24,019 nt of DNA, taken from contig JBDRPD010000056.1 in NCBI GenBank assembly GCA_043827405.1, positions 1-24,019 on the forward strand, read 5' to 3'. The DNA is from Elusimicrobiota bacterium. Lineage in GTDB: Bacteria > Elusimicrobiota > Elusimicrobia > UBA1565. Both the position numbers and the translations under genes were made by a program. A model generated the notes under the pieces. It was not told where the DNA came from and made no database searches. It saw only the letters and a program-made list of their open reading frames with translations. Of the stretch, positions 7,382 to 14,954 are shown one piece after another. The first letter of the stretch is position 1; each line of letters starts with the position of its first letter.

Positions 7382-8482
7382 GTGCGAGCCCTGATCTGCG
7401 TATTTTTTACGGCCGCGTCGGTCAGCGCCGTATTCGCCCAGGATACGGGGACGCCGGTAGCGTTCGGCGGACGCTACAGCGGCGCCTATCGAGTCGCCGC
7501 CTTCCCCGCCGCCAATTCGGTCGTGCTGCGTTCCGGCACGAGTGATCCGATCCCGATCGCATACGATACGGTCCTGCTGCAGGGAATCCTGCCCGATCCC
7601 GGAGTCACTCTGGAATTTTCGCGCCAGGACGGAACGGGGCGATGGTCGGCATGGCGCCGGGTAGAGCTCAAGCGGCGCGGCAGCGGCCGCTTCTGGGCCA
7701 AGCTGCGCTTTCCCACGGTATCCACGGGTAAGCTGAGATTCCGCGCGGTGGCCAATGGTTCGGGCGCGGCGCATAAAATCCAGATGTTCACAATTGAGGT
7801 CTTCACGGCCGGCCCCCGGCCGCCGGCCGGAATCCGGCACGGCAAGACCGAGCAGCCGGTGCCGCCCGGCCCGGAGATCATTGGGCGGGCCGCGTGGAAC
7901 GCGCAGCCGCCGAAGGACGAGCCGGTCGAGCAAGCCCCGGTAAGGCTGACCCAGCACCATACCGCCGGCCGCCAGCCGTTTTCGCTCGCGGAGTCGATTG
8001 AGGAGGTCCGCTTCATTCAGGACTTTCACCAAAACGGCCGCGGCTGGAGCGATATCGGGTATCACTTTCTCCTCGATGGTGAGGGGCGGATATTCGAGGG
8101 CCGACCGAAGAATGTGCAGGGGGCGCATGTCCGCGGCGCCAACGAGGGAAATATCGGGATCGCTCTGCTGGGCTTCTATCATCCGCCCTACGATAACCCC
8201 GTCACGCCGCAGCAGCGCGCGACGCTCAAGGCGCTCGGCCGTTGGCTGGTCGGCGTCTATGATATCGCTCCGGAGACCTACCGCGGTCACCGTGACCTGG
8301 GCAAGACGGACTGTCCCGGGGATGTGCTCTACTCCCAACTGGAAGCTATCCGCGCATCCTTTTCCGCGCCGTCGTCATCGTCCGCTGTCAGCGGCTTTAC
8401 CGCGGCGCCGACGATAAAGGGTTCAGAGGGGGCCGGCGGGGAACTGTTCGACGGCTCAGTTGCTGGGAACCGCGGGAAATAA
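7382..8482 (+). CDS. Secreted N-acetylmuramoyl-L-alanine amidase (Amidase_2/PGRP-like) with an N-terminal beta-rich domain, 366 aa
   Basis: RAAWNA, HHTAG, IQDFH, WSDIGYHF, IFEGR, GAHV, NIGIALLG and GHRDL..TDCPG (Zn ligands His/His/Cys intact). A GTG start at 7382 gives a signal peptide (VRALICVFFTAASVSAVFA) and removes the overlap with the divergent gene. Confidence 0.9.
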   Translation: MRALICVFFTAASVSAVFAQDTGTPVAFGGRYSGAYRVAAFPAANSVVLRSGTSDPIPIAYDTVLLQGILPDPGVTLEFSRQDGTGRWSAWRRVELKRRGSGRFWAKLRFPTVSTGKLRFRAVANGSGAAHKIQMFTIEVFTAGPRPPAGIRHGKTEQPVPPGPEIIGRAAWNAQPPKDEPVEQAPVRLTQHHTAGRQPFSLAESIEEVRFIQDFHQNGRGWSDIGYHFLLDGEGRIFEGRPKNVQGAHVRGANEGNIGIALLGFYHPPYDNPVTPQQRATLKALGRWLVGVYDIAPETYRGHRDLGKTDCPGDVLYSQLEAIRASFSAPSSSSAVSGFTAAPTIKGSEGAGGELFDGSVAGNRGK

Positions 8483-9487
8483 GACCAGATCGCGGCGGAT
8501 CCATTTTCCCCGCACGCCCTGCCAGGGCTTTTGCTTGGGGATCTTCCCCCACAGCTGGTTGCGGGCTTTACTCGACATATTTCGGTAGGGCGCCTTTTTG
8601 TCGATCAGATAGTGTTCGTGATAGCCTTGACGGTCGATCAGGATGTCGTAGCCGCCGTATTCTAGTATAGGGATCTTGACTTTGAACTCGCCCTTGTCGT
8701 CGGTGGAGACGTTGAAGTCCTCCCGTCCCCCGATAAACACCATGTCCACTCCCGCGACGCGCTGCAGGGTCAGCAGGTCGTAGACCTTGCCGTAGAACCA
8801 CCACTCCTCCGGCGGCGGCGCCTTGACCTCCTTCATGGGCTCCGGTTTTACTTCCGGGACCGCGGGCGTTTCCGGCGGCTTGACCGCGGCGTCATCGGGA
8901 GCATCCGGTGTATCCTCCGGACCGGCCGCCTCCTCCCCTGCCTCCTCCGACCCCTCGGCGGTCTCCTGCGTGGCGGTGATAGCGGGCTTGTCCAGTTCCG
9001 GATCGGCTTTGACGCCGACGAGGATCAGCATCGGATCAAGCAGCCCCATCTGATAGGCGGCGCCGGCGGCGCCGAGAGCGATAAGCAGCTTTACGTGGCC
9101 GGGCATGCCCGCGGCAGCGGGCGGAGCGGCGGCCGCCGGTTCTTCACCCGGCGGAAAATCTTCACCTGTCGGAAATCCTTCAGCTGCCGGGGCATCTCCT
9201 CCAACGGGCACCTGCGGCTTGAATTCGGCGAAGGGGTCGTCGGGATCGGGCGCCGGCGGTTTCTTCGCCGTGAAATTCTCATTGAGGGCGGCTACCGCGT
9301 CATCGATGCCGCCGGTTGCGGCCGCGGGATCGTCCATGTCCAGGACATTGGGCTCGCTCTCTTCGCCCGGCGCCGGGACAGCCCCGGAGCCCTGCTGGGG
9401 CTCATCCGGCATGCCGACCGGCCCGTTGCAGCCAGGACAGAACTCGACCTGGACCTTGATCTCAATGAAGCAATGTGGGCACTTCAT
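8456..9487 (-). CDS. Zinc-ribbon / single-TM / carboxypeptidase-regulatory-like (beta-sandwich) domain protein, ~343 aa
   Basis: N-terminal CPHC-x10-CPGC, acidic Pro-rich linker, one TM region (LLIALGAAGAAYQMGLLDPMLILVG), a second acidic linker, then GKVYDLLTLQRVAGV...STDDKGEF. Alternative GTG start at 9490. Confidence 0.8.
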   Translation of the reverse strand: MKCPHCFIEIKVQVEFCPGCNGPVGMPDEPQQGSGAVPAPGEESEPNVLDMDDPAAATGGIDDAVAALNENFTAKKPPAPDPDDPFAEFKPQVPVGGDAPAAEGFPTGEDFPPGEEPAAAAPPAAAGMPGHVKLLIALGAAGAAYQMGLLDPMLILVGVKADPELDKPAITATQETAEGSEEAGEEAAGPEDTPDAPDDAAVKPPETPAVPEVKPEPMKEVKAPPPEEWWFYGKVYDLLTLQRVAGVDMVFIGGREDFNVSTDDKGEFKVKIPILEYGGYDILIDRQGYHEHYLIDKKAPYRNMSSKARNQLWGKIPKQKPWQGVRGKWIRRDLVLFPAVPSN

Positions 9488-9494
9488 CACCTAA

Positions 9495-9523
9495 AGAATG
9501 CAATGGATGGAAGGAAAATGCAA
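9495..9523 (-). promoter_or_regulatory. Sigma70-type promoter TTGCAT-N17-CATTCT, leaderless configuration
   Basis: -35 at 9523-9518, 17-nt spacer, -10 at 9500-9495, then 7 nt to ATG 9487. Confidence 0.55.
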
Positions 9524-9537
9524 GGGGTTTACGGAAA

Positions 9538-12500
9538 TTATAGCCAGCGGCGCTCGCAGCCGAATATGAAGGGGAGCTTCGAGTACATAACCAGCAGGAT
9601 GGAGGACAGGAGGATGCTCAGCTGGGTCAGGAGGCTGAGGCCGGTCTTTTGGGGCATGCTCTTGCCGGACGGGAGGTGGCCGACCGGCAGATGCCCGGAT
9701 ACCGGGAGCTTATGCGCGGCAGCGCGCAGCGAGCTTGCATCGACTTCTTCGTACGCCGGAGCATTCGCCGTCGTCTTCGCCGCTGCTTGCTTCACCGCCG
9801 GCGCCGCTTGCGGCTCTTCGTTCTTGCGGGTTTTCCCGGCATAGGGCTCGGCCGGCTCGAAGCTCGGCATGCTGTAGGAAAGGTCGCTGCCGGTGTAGCC
9901 GCTTACGGTACCGTCATAGATGCGCGCCGGGGTCAGCGGCACGGCTTTCGCCGCTTCCGGCTCATGGGCCGTCGCCGCCGCGCGCTGCTCCCGCGCCGGC
10001 GCGCCGCGGTAAGTATCGCGCGGCATCGCAGCCGCCGGCGGCCGCTTGGCGGCGACTTGGATCAAGGCCGGCATGGGCGCCGGCGCGCTCGCCAGCAGCA
10101 GGACATCGGCGTGCCGGCCGGCGGCGCCGGGGAGCTCATTGTCCGCCGGAGCGGATGCGCCGCTTCCGCCGCCGGAGCCGCCCGTCGTCCCGCCTCCCGA
10201 TCCGCCGCTGCCGGAGCCGTCCGCGGGACCGCCGGCGGCGGAGGGGCTGCTGTCGCTTTGGGCCGGCTCGCCGTCTTCGCGGTCCGGCTCGCTGCGGGAA
10301 GAGTCCGTATCATCGTACGGCTCGGAAGCGGGCTGAGCCTGCGGCTTGTCATTGTCCTTGGCGGCGGGTTTGGTTGCGGGTTCCGTTTTCGCGAACCGCA
10401 CTTCCGGTTTTATCTTCGTCGGGCGCTGGGGGGCGTCCTTGAGATGCGTCCATCCTCCGGAGGTTATGATCGGACCGGAGCTGTCCTCGGTGTCCGCGAC
10501 GCGGGCCGGGCGTTTGGCCGGCGCTGTTTCGGGGAAAATCTTCGCGGTGTCGATCTTCGGGAAGAGCTCGCGGACGTCCGGCCTCTCGCGGTATTCCAGG
10601 GCGGGCTGGGTGTCGAGCTGCGGATTGAAAACAGGCTTCACGATGCGAGCGGACGTGGTGACGGCGCTCTTGGCCAGCGCGCCCGTCTTATTGAAGACCC
10701 GGGCCAGAAGTTCGCCGCTCGGCGCCGAGGAAGCGAGCCGCGGCCGCTCTACTTTCAGCGGCTTGGGCGTGGAGTTGAGGGCGTCGCGCAGACCTTCCTT
10801 CTTCAGCTCGAGCTTCAGCGTGCCGCCTTTCCTGCCGCGGAAATTCTGCTGCTGGGTTAGCGGCTTCTTTGCCACGCTCGTCCTGCTGCTCTTCGCGGCC
10901 TTTTGGGGCTGCGGCTTTTTCGCTGTCAAATGCTGCGGGCGGGCATATTTGCCGGCCTGCGATTCGGGCCCGGGGAACAGTTTGGCAAGAAGCTTCGCTT
11001 GCTCGGCGGTCTTGAGGACCTTGTCCGCAACGCGCTCACGCAGCGGCTGCTTGGCCTTCGCGCGTGCCTGTCCCTCGCGGACTCCGCTCTTGCTCTTTGC
11101 CTTGGCGGTGCGGACATCCATCTTGGCCTTCGCGGGCGCCTTCGGTGTCGTCTTCGCCTGCGCCTTGGCGGTGCGGACATCCACCTTGGCTTTCGCGGGC
11201 GCCTTCGGTGTCGTCTTCGGCTGCGCCTTGGCGGTGCGGACATCCACCTTGGCTTTCGCGGACGCCTTCGGGGTTGTCTTCGGCTGCGCCTTGGCGGTGC
11301 GGACATCCACCTTGGCCTTCGCGGGTGCCTTCGGTGTCGTCTTCGGCTGCGCCTTGGCGGTGCGGACATCAACCTTGGCCTTCGCGGGCGCCTTCGGGGT
11401 CGTCTTCGCCTGCGCCTTGGCGCTGCGGACATCGACCTTGGCTTTCGCGGGCGCCTTCGGGGTTGTCTTCGGCTGCGCCTTGGCGGTGCGGACATCCACC
11501 TTGGCCTTCATCGTGCCGCTGCGAACTGATTTGACCGGAGCTTTAGCGCTGTGAATGTTCGTCTGGGTCTTGATCGTTCCGGTGCGCGCCGACTTAACCG
11601 GCGCTTTGGCGCCGCGAATCTTTGTGGTATTGATGCTGCCCGCCTTGACGGGCTTGCTGATAAGCTGGCCTTGAGGCGCGCGAATCTTCTTGAAGCCGCC
11701 GGTGCGAATCGACTGTGAAGCGGCGGCGCTCTGCTTGGCCAGCCGCATCTCATGAGTGCGCAGCCGCGCCTCGGCCTTTTGCGCGGCGCGGGCGTTCATC
11801 CCTTGGCGCGCCATGGCGCCGAGGAAGAAGAGGTCGGTGCCGAAGTCCGCGGCCTTGGTCCAAGAGTCGGAATGATCGCCGTCCTTGAAAGCGTTGACCA
11901 TCTGGCCGAAATTGTCGATGCCGCTTACGGTCCAGGTGCCGTAGAGGACCGAGGTGAGGACGCCGTGGGTGATGCGCGCGCCGGTAAGAGCGGCCGGGAC
12001 CGCGCTCGCCGAGAGCCAGCGCGTGCCATGCCCGGCGAGCTTGAGCGCGTTGAGGCTCTGCACCGCCGCGCCCGCGCCCATGGTCACCCAAATGATCGGG
12101 TTGCACATCATCTCGCCGACGTTCTCGCCGAACTTCATGGCGCCGCCGGCCACGGTCAGGCCGGCCTTGGCCCAGCCTTCTTCCTCTTCGGCCATTTCCA
12201 TCAGGCGGGAGCCGTAGGTCCCGGCGCCGTAATTGCGCAGGGCGCCCATGAGCTCCTGCTCGCTGTAGGGCTGGTCCAGGAGCTTCTGGTAGTCGCGGTA
12301 ATCGGTGTTTTCCCGGGTGATGCCTTCCAGGCGGAGGGCTTCCTCGCGGTTCTGCCGGGCCTTGAGGGTGACGACCTCGCGCTGCTCGCGGCTGAGGCGG
12401 CGGATAAAGCCCTGGTCATTAAGGAGGCTGTTCATCAGGGGGCTGTTGGCGAAGCCGCCCGCCGCCTCCAGGCCGTATTCCTCGTCGCCCGATATCGCGT

Positions 12501-14880
12501 AGACGATCTCCTGGCCGCCGGCCACGACGCCGTTGTAAAGGGACTTGCCGACCCAGCCGCCGGCCTTGAGAACATGGCCGACGCCCCAGGAATCATGGAT
12601 GCCGCGGCCGATAATGCCGAAGGTCGAGGTCCCGGCGGCTTCGTTGACGATCTTGTCCTTGTGCTCGACGCCCTGCTGGCGCCATTTCGCGCCGTCAAAG
12701 CGGTACTGGTAGAGGTAGATGTTCTCGATTCGCTTGGCGGAAGAGAACCAGCCCGCCTCTTCGGTGCCGTGGCGCGAATGCCACTGATTTTGGCCGCCGT
12801 CGGCGAGGTATTCCCGCCAGCGCCGCGGATCGACCTGTCCCTTGCCCTCGGCGTCGGTATGGATCGGCCGCTGCACCACGAGCGCGAGCTGAAAGTTTCC
12901 TTTATAGCGGGTGGAGGCGCCCCACTTGGCCAGCTCGATGCGCTGGGTCCCGTTCTGGTAGTCGTAGACCAAGGTGAAATTGCCTTGGGCGTCGATCCGC
13001 ATCTTCACGCCCTTCATCATCCGTTTGTCGTCGAAGGTGTCGTAAAGGAAGTTCTGCAGCGGCTGCGAGCGGCGGCCCTTCTCGTCGTCGAGACCCAGGG
13101 CCTTGACGATCTCCCGGGCGATCTTGAGCGAATGCTCCCGGCGCGCCTCGCCTTTCAGGCCGTCGAAGAGCTGCTGCAGGTCGACGAAGTAATCCTGGAC
13201 GCTTCCTCGGCGGTCGACGATCTTCTGCACATGCTCGCCGAGAAAATGCACCGTGGAGCCGTCGGCCCGGACTACCTGGTCGAGCTGGAAGCGGCCCTGC
13301 TCATCCAGGCGTCCGCTTTGGGATGTCCACTGCTTGCCGTCCAGGGAAGTGATGGTCGTATTCCCTTTCTCGTCCGTATCTATGCGGATCCGCTTGTTGT
13401 AGTCGATGACGCTGCGCGCCTTGGTCCCGGTGTGGAGCGTCTCCACGCGGACCGCGGCGCCGGCTTCGTCATAGAGGGTCGAGGTCATCAGCGCGCGCGC
13501 GATGTCCTGCATTTCTTCGCGGATCTTCTTTTTGCGCCGGGTATTAATGATGGCGGTGCTGGTCCGGACCGGCTTTCCCTTTTCGTCAACGGCGATCCGG
13601 GTGCGGATCTCGCGGCTGTCCTTGGGCGAGCCGACGATGATCAGCCCTTCGCTACCGGCGGCGGATTCAAAGCGCGTGGAGCCGTCGGCGAACTCGCGGC
13701 GCAGGCCGCTGAAGGAGCGGCCGTCGTCCTCGACCCGGCTGAAAGTGAAGCCGACCGCCTCGCTGTCGGGCAGGCTGAGCTCCCAGGCGGCGAAGCGGGT
13801 ATCGGCGGCGACGGCCTGGTCCTTGAGGGCGCGTTGAATATATATCTGGTACAGCCCGCGCTGGGCCAGGTAGCGCGCCAGGCGGGGCGCTTCCTGCGAC
13901 ATCCGTTCGCAGCGCCGTTCCTCGTCTTGGGCATCCGCCGCATTTTCCTGGAGGCCGCGGCTCTGGAAATATGTCCGGCGGACCGTCATGATCGCCCGGT
14001 CCGCGGTGTCGAGGTCGGGGGCGTCGTTGATCCCGGCGCCGGATTCGACCAAAGCGTCGACCGCGTAGGAGAAGAGGCGGCCGCGCGTTTGGCCGCGCTG
14101 GGTCTTGAAGAGCTCGCGGCGGCCCGCCGCCGTCAGCTTGGCGAACGGCGATACGGCCGCGGTCCAGGCTTCGGCGAGCTTGTCGCCGGCCGGCCGATTG
14201 TCCGCGACCTCCGCTCGCGGCTGCTCGGGCACCGCGGCGGTCCGCAGTTCGATATGCGGTTGGGGGTAGCGCTCGCCGGCGGCGATGCGGGGGGCCGAGA
14301 CCGCGCCGGCCGCGCTCACCGTTTCCGCGGCGGCGGCGGGCGCGAGCTCGCGCATATTGTCGAAGATGGCGCCGAGCGTCGCCGGCTCGCGGCTGCCGGC
14401 CGCCAGCAGCTGATCGACCAGCCCTTCGAAGCGCTTGAGGCGGGCGTTGTCCGCGTCGGCGTCCAGCAGCGCGGTGAGGCGCAGCAGAGAATGGGTGAGC
14501 GCGGCATCCGCACCGGCGCCGGTCAGGTTTTTCAGCTTGACCAGAATCGAGCTGACGCGGGCGATTCTTTCGCGCAGCATGACGCGGTCTTCAAGGGAGG
14601 CGACGCGCAGGGGAAGGCCGCGCTCGATCTCCGCCAGGCGGGCTTCGATGCCGGCGACCGCCGGTTGGTCCCGGCGCAGGGCCGCGAAGATATCTTCAAT
14701 GTCGCGCGCCACAGCGGCGGCGGGCGGCGTGAGAATGTGCAGAGCCGGCGCCGCGCTCGCCGTGATCGGCCGCGCCGGCAGCTGGGCGATGAGGATTTCC
14801 TGCTTGTCCTGCGCCTGTGCCGGGGAGGAAGCGGCGGCCGCGAGGGCTGCGATCAGGATAGGTCCTATGGGCCGCCTCAT
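9538..14880 (-). CDS. Giant hypothetical exported, membrane-anchored protein (~1780 aa) with Lys-rich tandem repeats
   Basis: ATG 14880 gives signal peptide MRRPIGPILIAALAAAASSPAQA and avoids overlap with the PHP gene; uninterrupted frame with coding-like codon bias; C-terminal TM (LSLLTQLSILLSSILLVMY) with a short tail containing ERR. Confidence 0.88.
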   Translation of the reverse strand: MRRPIGPILIAALAAAASSPAQAQDKQEILIAQLPARPITASAAPALHILTPPAAAVARDIEDIFAALRRDQPAVAGIEARLAEIERGLPLRVASLEDRVMLRERIARVSSILVKLKNLTGAGADAALTHSLLRLTALLDADADNARLKRFEGLVDQLLAAGSREPATLGAIFDNMRELAPAAAAETVSAAGAVSAPRIAAGERYPQPHIELRTAAVPEQPRAEVADNRPAGDKLAEAWTAAVSPFAKLTAAGRRELFKTQRGQTRGRLFSYAVDALVESGAGINDAPDLDTADRAIMTVRRTYFQSRGLQENAADAQDEERRCERMSQEAPRLARYLAQRGLYQIYIQRALKDQAVAADTRFAAWELSLPDSEAVGFTFSRVEDDGRSFSGLRREFADGSTRFESAAGSEGLIIVGSPKDSREIRTRIAVDEKGKPVRTSTAIINTRRKKKIREEMQDIARALMTSTLYDEAGAAVRVETLHTGTKARSVIDYNKRIRIDTDEKGNTTITSLDGKQWTSQSGRLDEQGRFQLDQVVRADGSTVHFLGEHVQKIVDRRGSVQDYFVDLQQLFDGLKGEARREHSLKIAREIVKALGLDDEKGRRSQPLQNFLYDTFDDKRMMKGVKMRIDAQGNFTLVYDYQNGTQRIELAKWGASTRYKGNFQLALVVQRPIHTDAEGKGQVDPRRWREYLADGGQNQWHSRHGTEEAGWFSSAKRIENIYLYQYRFDGAKWRQQGVEHKDKIVNEAAGTSTFGIIGRGIHDSWGVGHVLKAGGWVGKSLYNGVVAGGQEIVYAISGDEEYGLEAAGGFANSPLMNSLLNDQGFIRRLSREQREVVTLKARQNREEALRLEGITRENTDYRDYQKLLDQPYSEQELMGALRNYGAGTYGSRLMEMAEEEEGWAKAGLTVAGGAMKFGENVGEMMCNPIIWVTMGAGAAVQSLNALKLAGHGTRWLSASAVPAALTGARITHGVLTSVLYGTWTVSGIDNFGQMVNAFKDGDHSDSWTKAADFGTDLFFLGAMARQGMNARAAQKAEARLRTHEMRLAKQSAAASQSIRTGGFKKIRAPQGQLISKPVKAGSINTTKIRGAKAPVKSARTGTIKTQTNIHSAKAPVKSVRSGTMKAKVDVRTAKAQPKTTPKAPAKAKVDVRSAKAQAKTTPKAPAKAKVDVRTAKAQPKTTPKAPAKAKVDVRTAKAQPKTTPKASAKAKVDVRTAKAQPKTTPKAPAKAKVDVRTAKAQAKTTPKAPAKAKMDVRTAKAKSKSGVREGQARAKAKQPLRERVADKVLKTAEQAKLLAKLFPGPESQAGKYARPQHLTAKKPQPQKAAKSSRTSVAKKPLTQQQNFRGRKGGTLKLELKKEGLRDALNSTPKPLKVERPRLASSAPSGELLARVFNKTGALAKSAVTTSARIVKPVFNPQLDTQPALEYRERPDVRELFPKIDTAKIFPETAPAKRPARVADTEDSSGPIITSGGWTHLKDAPQRPTKIKPEVRFAKTEPATKPAAKDNDKPQAQPASEPYDDTDSSRSEPDREDGEPAQSDSSPSAAGGPADGSGSGGSGGGTTGGSGGGSGASAPADNELPGAAGRHADVLLLASAPAPMPALIQVAAKRPPAAAMPRDTYRGAPAREQRAAATAHEPEAAKAVPLTPARIYDGTVSGYTGSDLSYSMPSFEPAEPYAGKTRKNEEPQAAPAVKQAAAKTTANAPAYEEVDASSLRAAAHKLPVSGHLPVGHLPSGKSMPQKTGLSLLTQLSILLSSILLVMYSKLPFIFGCERRWL
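11099..11509 (-). repeat. 63-bp coding tandem repeat, ~6.5 copies (AKAKVDVRTAKAQPKTTPKAP)
   Basis: GCCTTGGCG(G/C)TGCGGACAT recurs at 11099, 11162, 11225, 11288, 11351, 11414 and 11477 (period 63). Confidence 0.97.
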
Positions 14881-14886
14881 GCCTAT

Positions 14887-14915
14887 AGAGTGCGCCGCAA
14901 AGACCCAGGTGGAAA
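14887..14915 (-). promoter_or_regulatory. Candidate promoter TTTCCA-N17-CACTCT, leaderless configuration
   Basis: Minus strand CACTCT (14892-14887)-ataggc-ATG(14880); TTTCCA lies 17 nt upstream. Both hexamers are imperfect. Confidence 0.4.
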
Positions 14916-14938
14916 GTGCCGCTAGGCCTTGATAATTT

Positions 14939-14954
14939 TGGGCCCAAGGGCCTA
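14939..14954. promoter_or_regulatory. Palindromic candidate transcription-factor site TGGGCC-CAAG-GGCCTA
   Basis: Inverted repeat 58 nt upstream of ATG 14880; same consensus as 152-167; overlaps the PHP gene stop codon. Confidence 0.5.

Noticed and set aside
11099..11509. CRISPR array
   Set aside because: Head-to-tail 63-bp units with no unique spacers, in frame within a CDS, and no cas genes nearby.
11752..14925. 1057-aa plus-strand ORF
   Set aside because: Antisense shadow of the giant minus-strand gene; typical of GC-rich codon bias, with no recognisable motifs.
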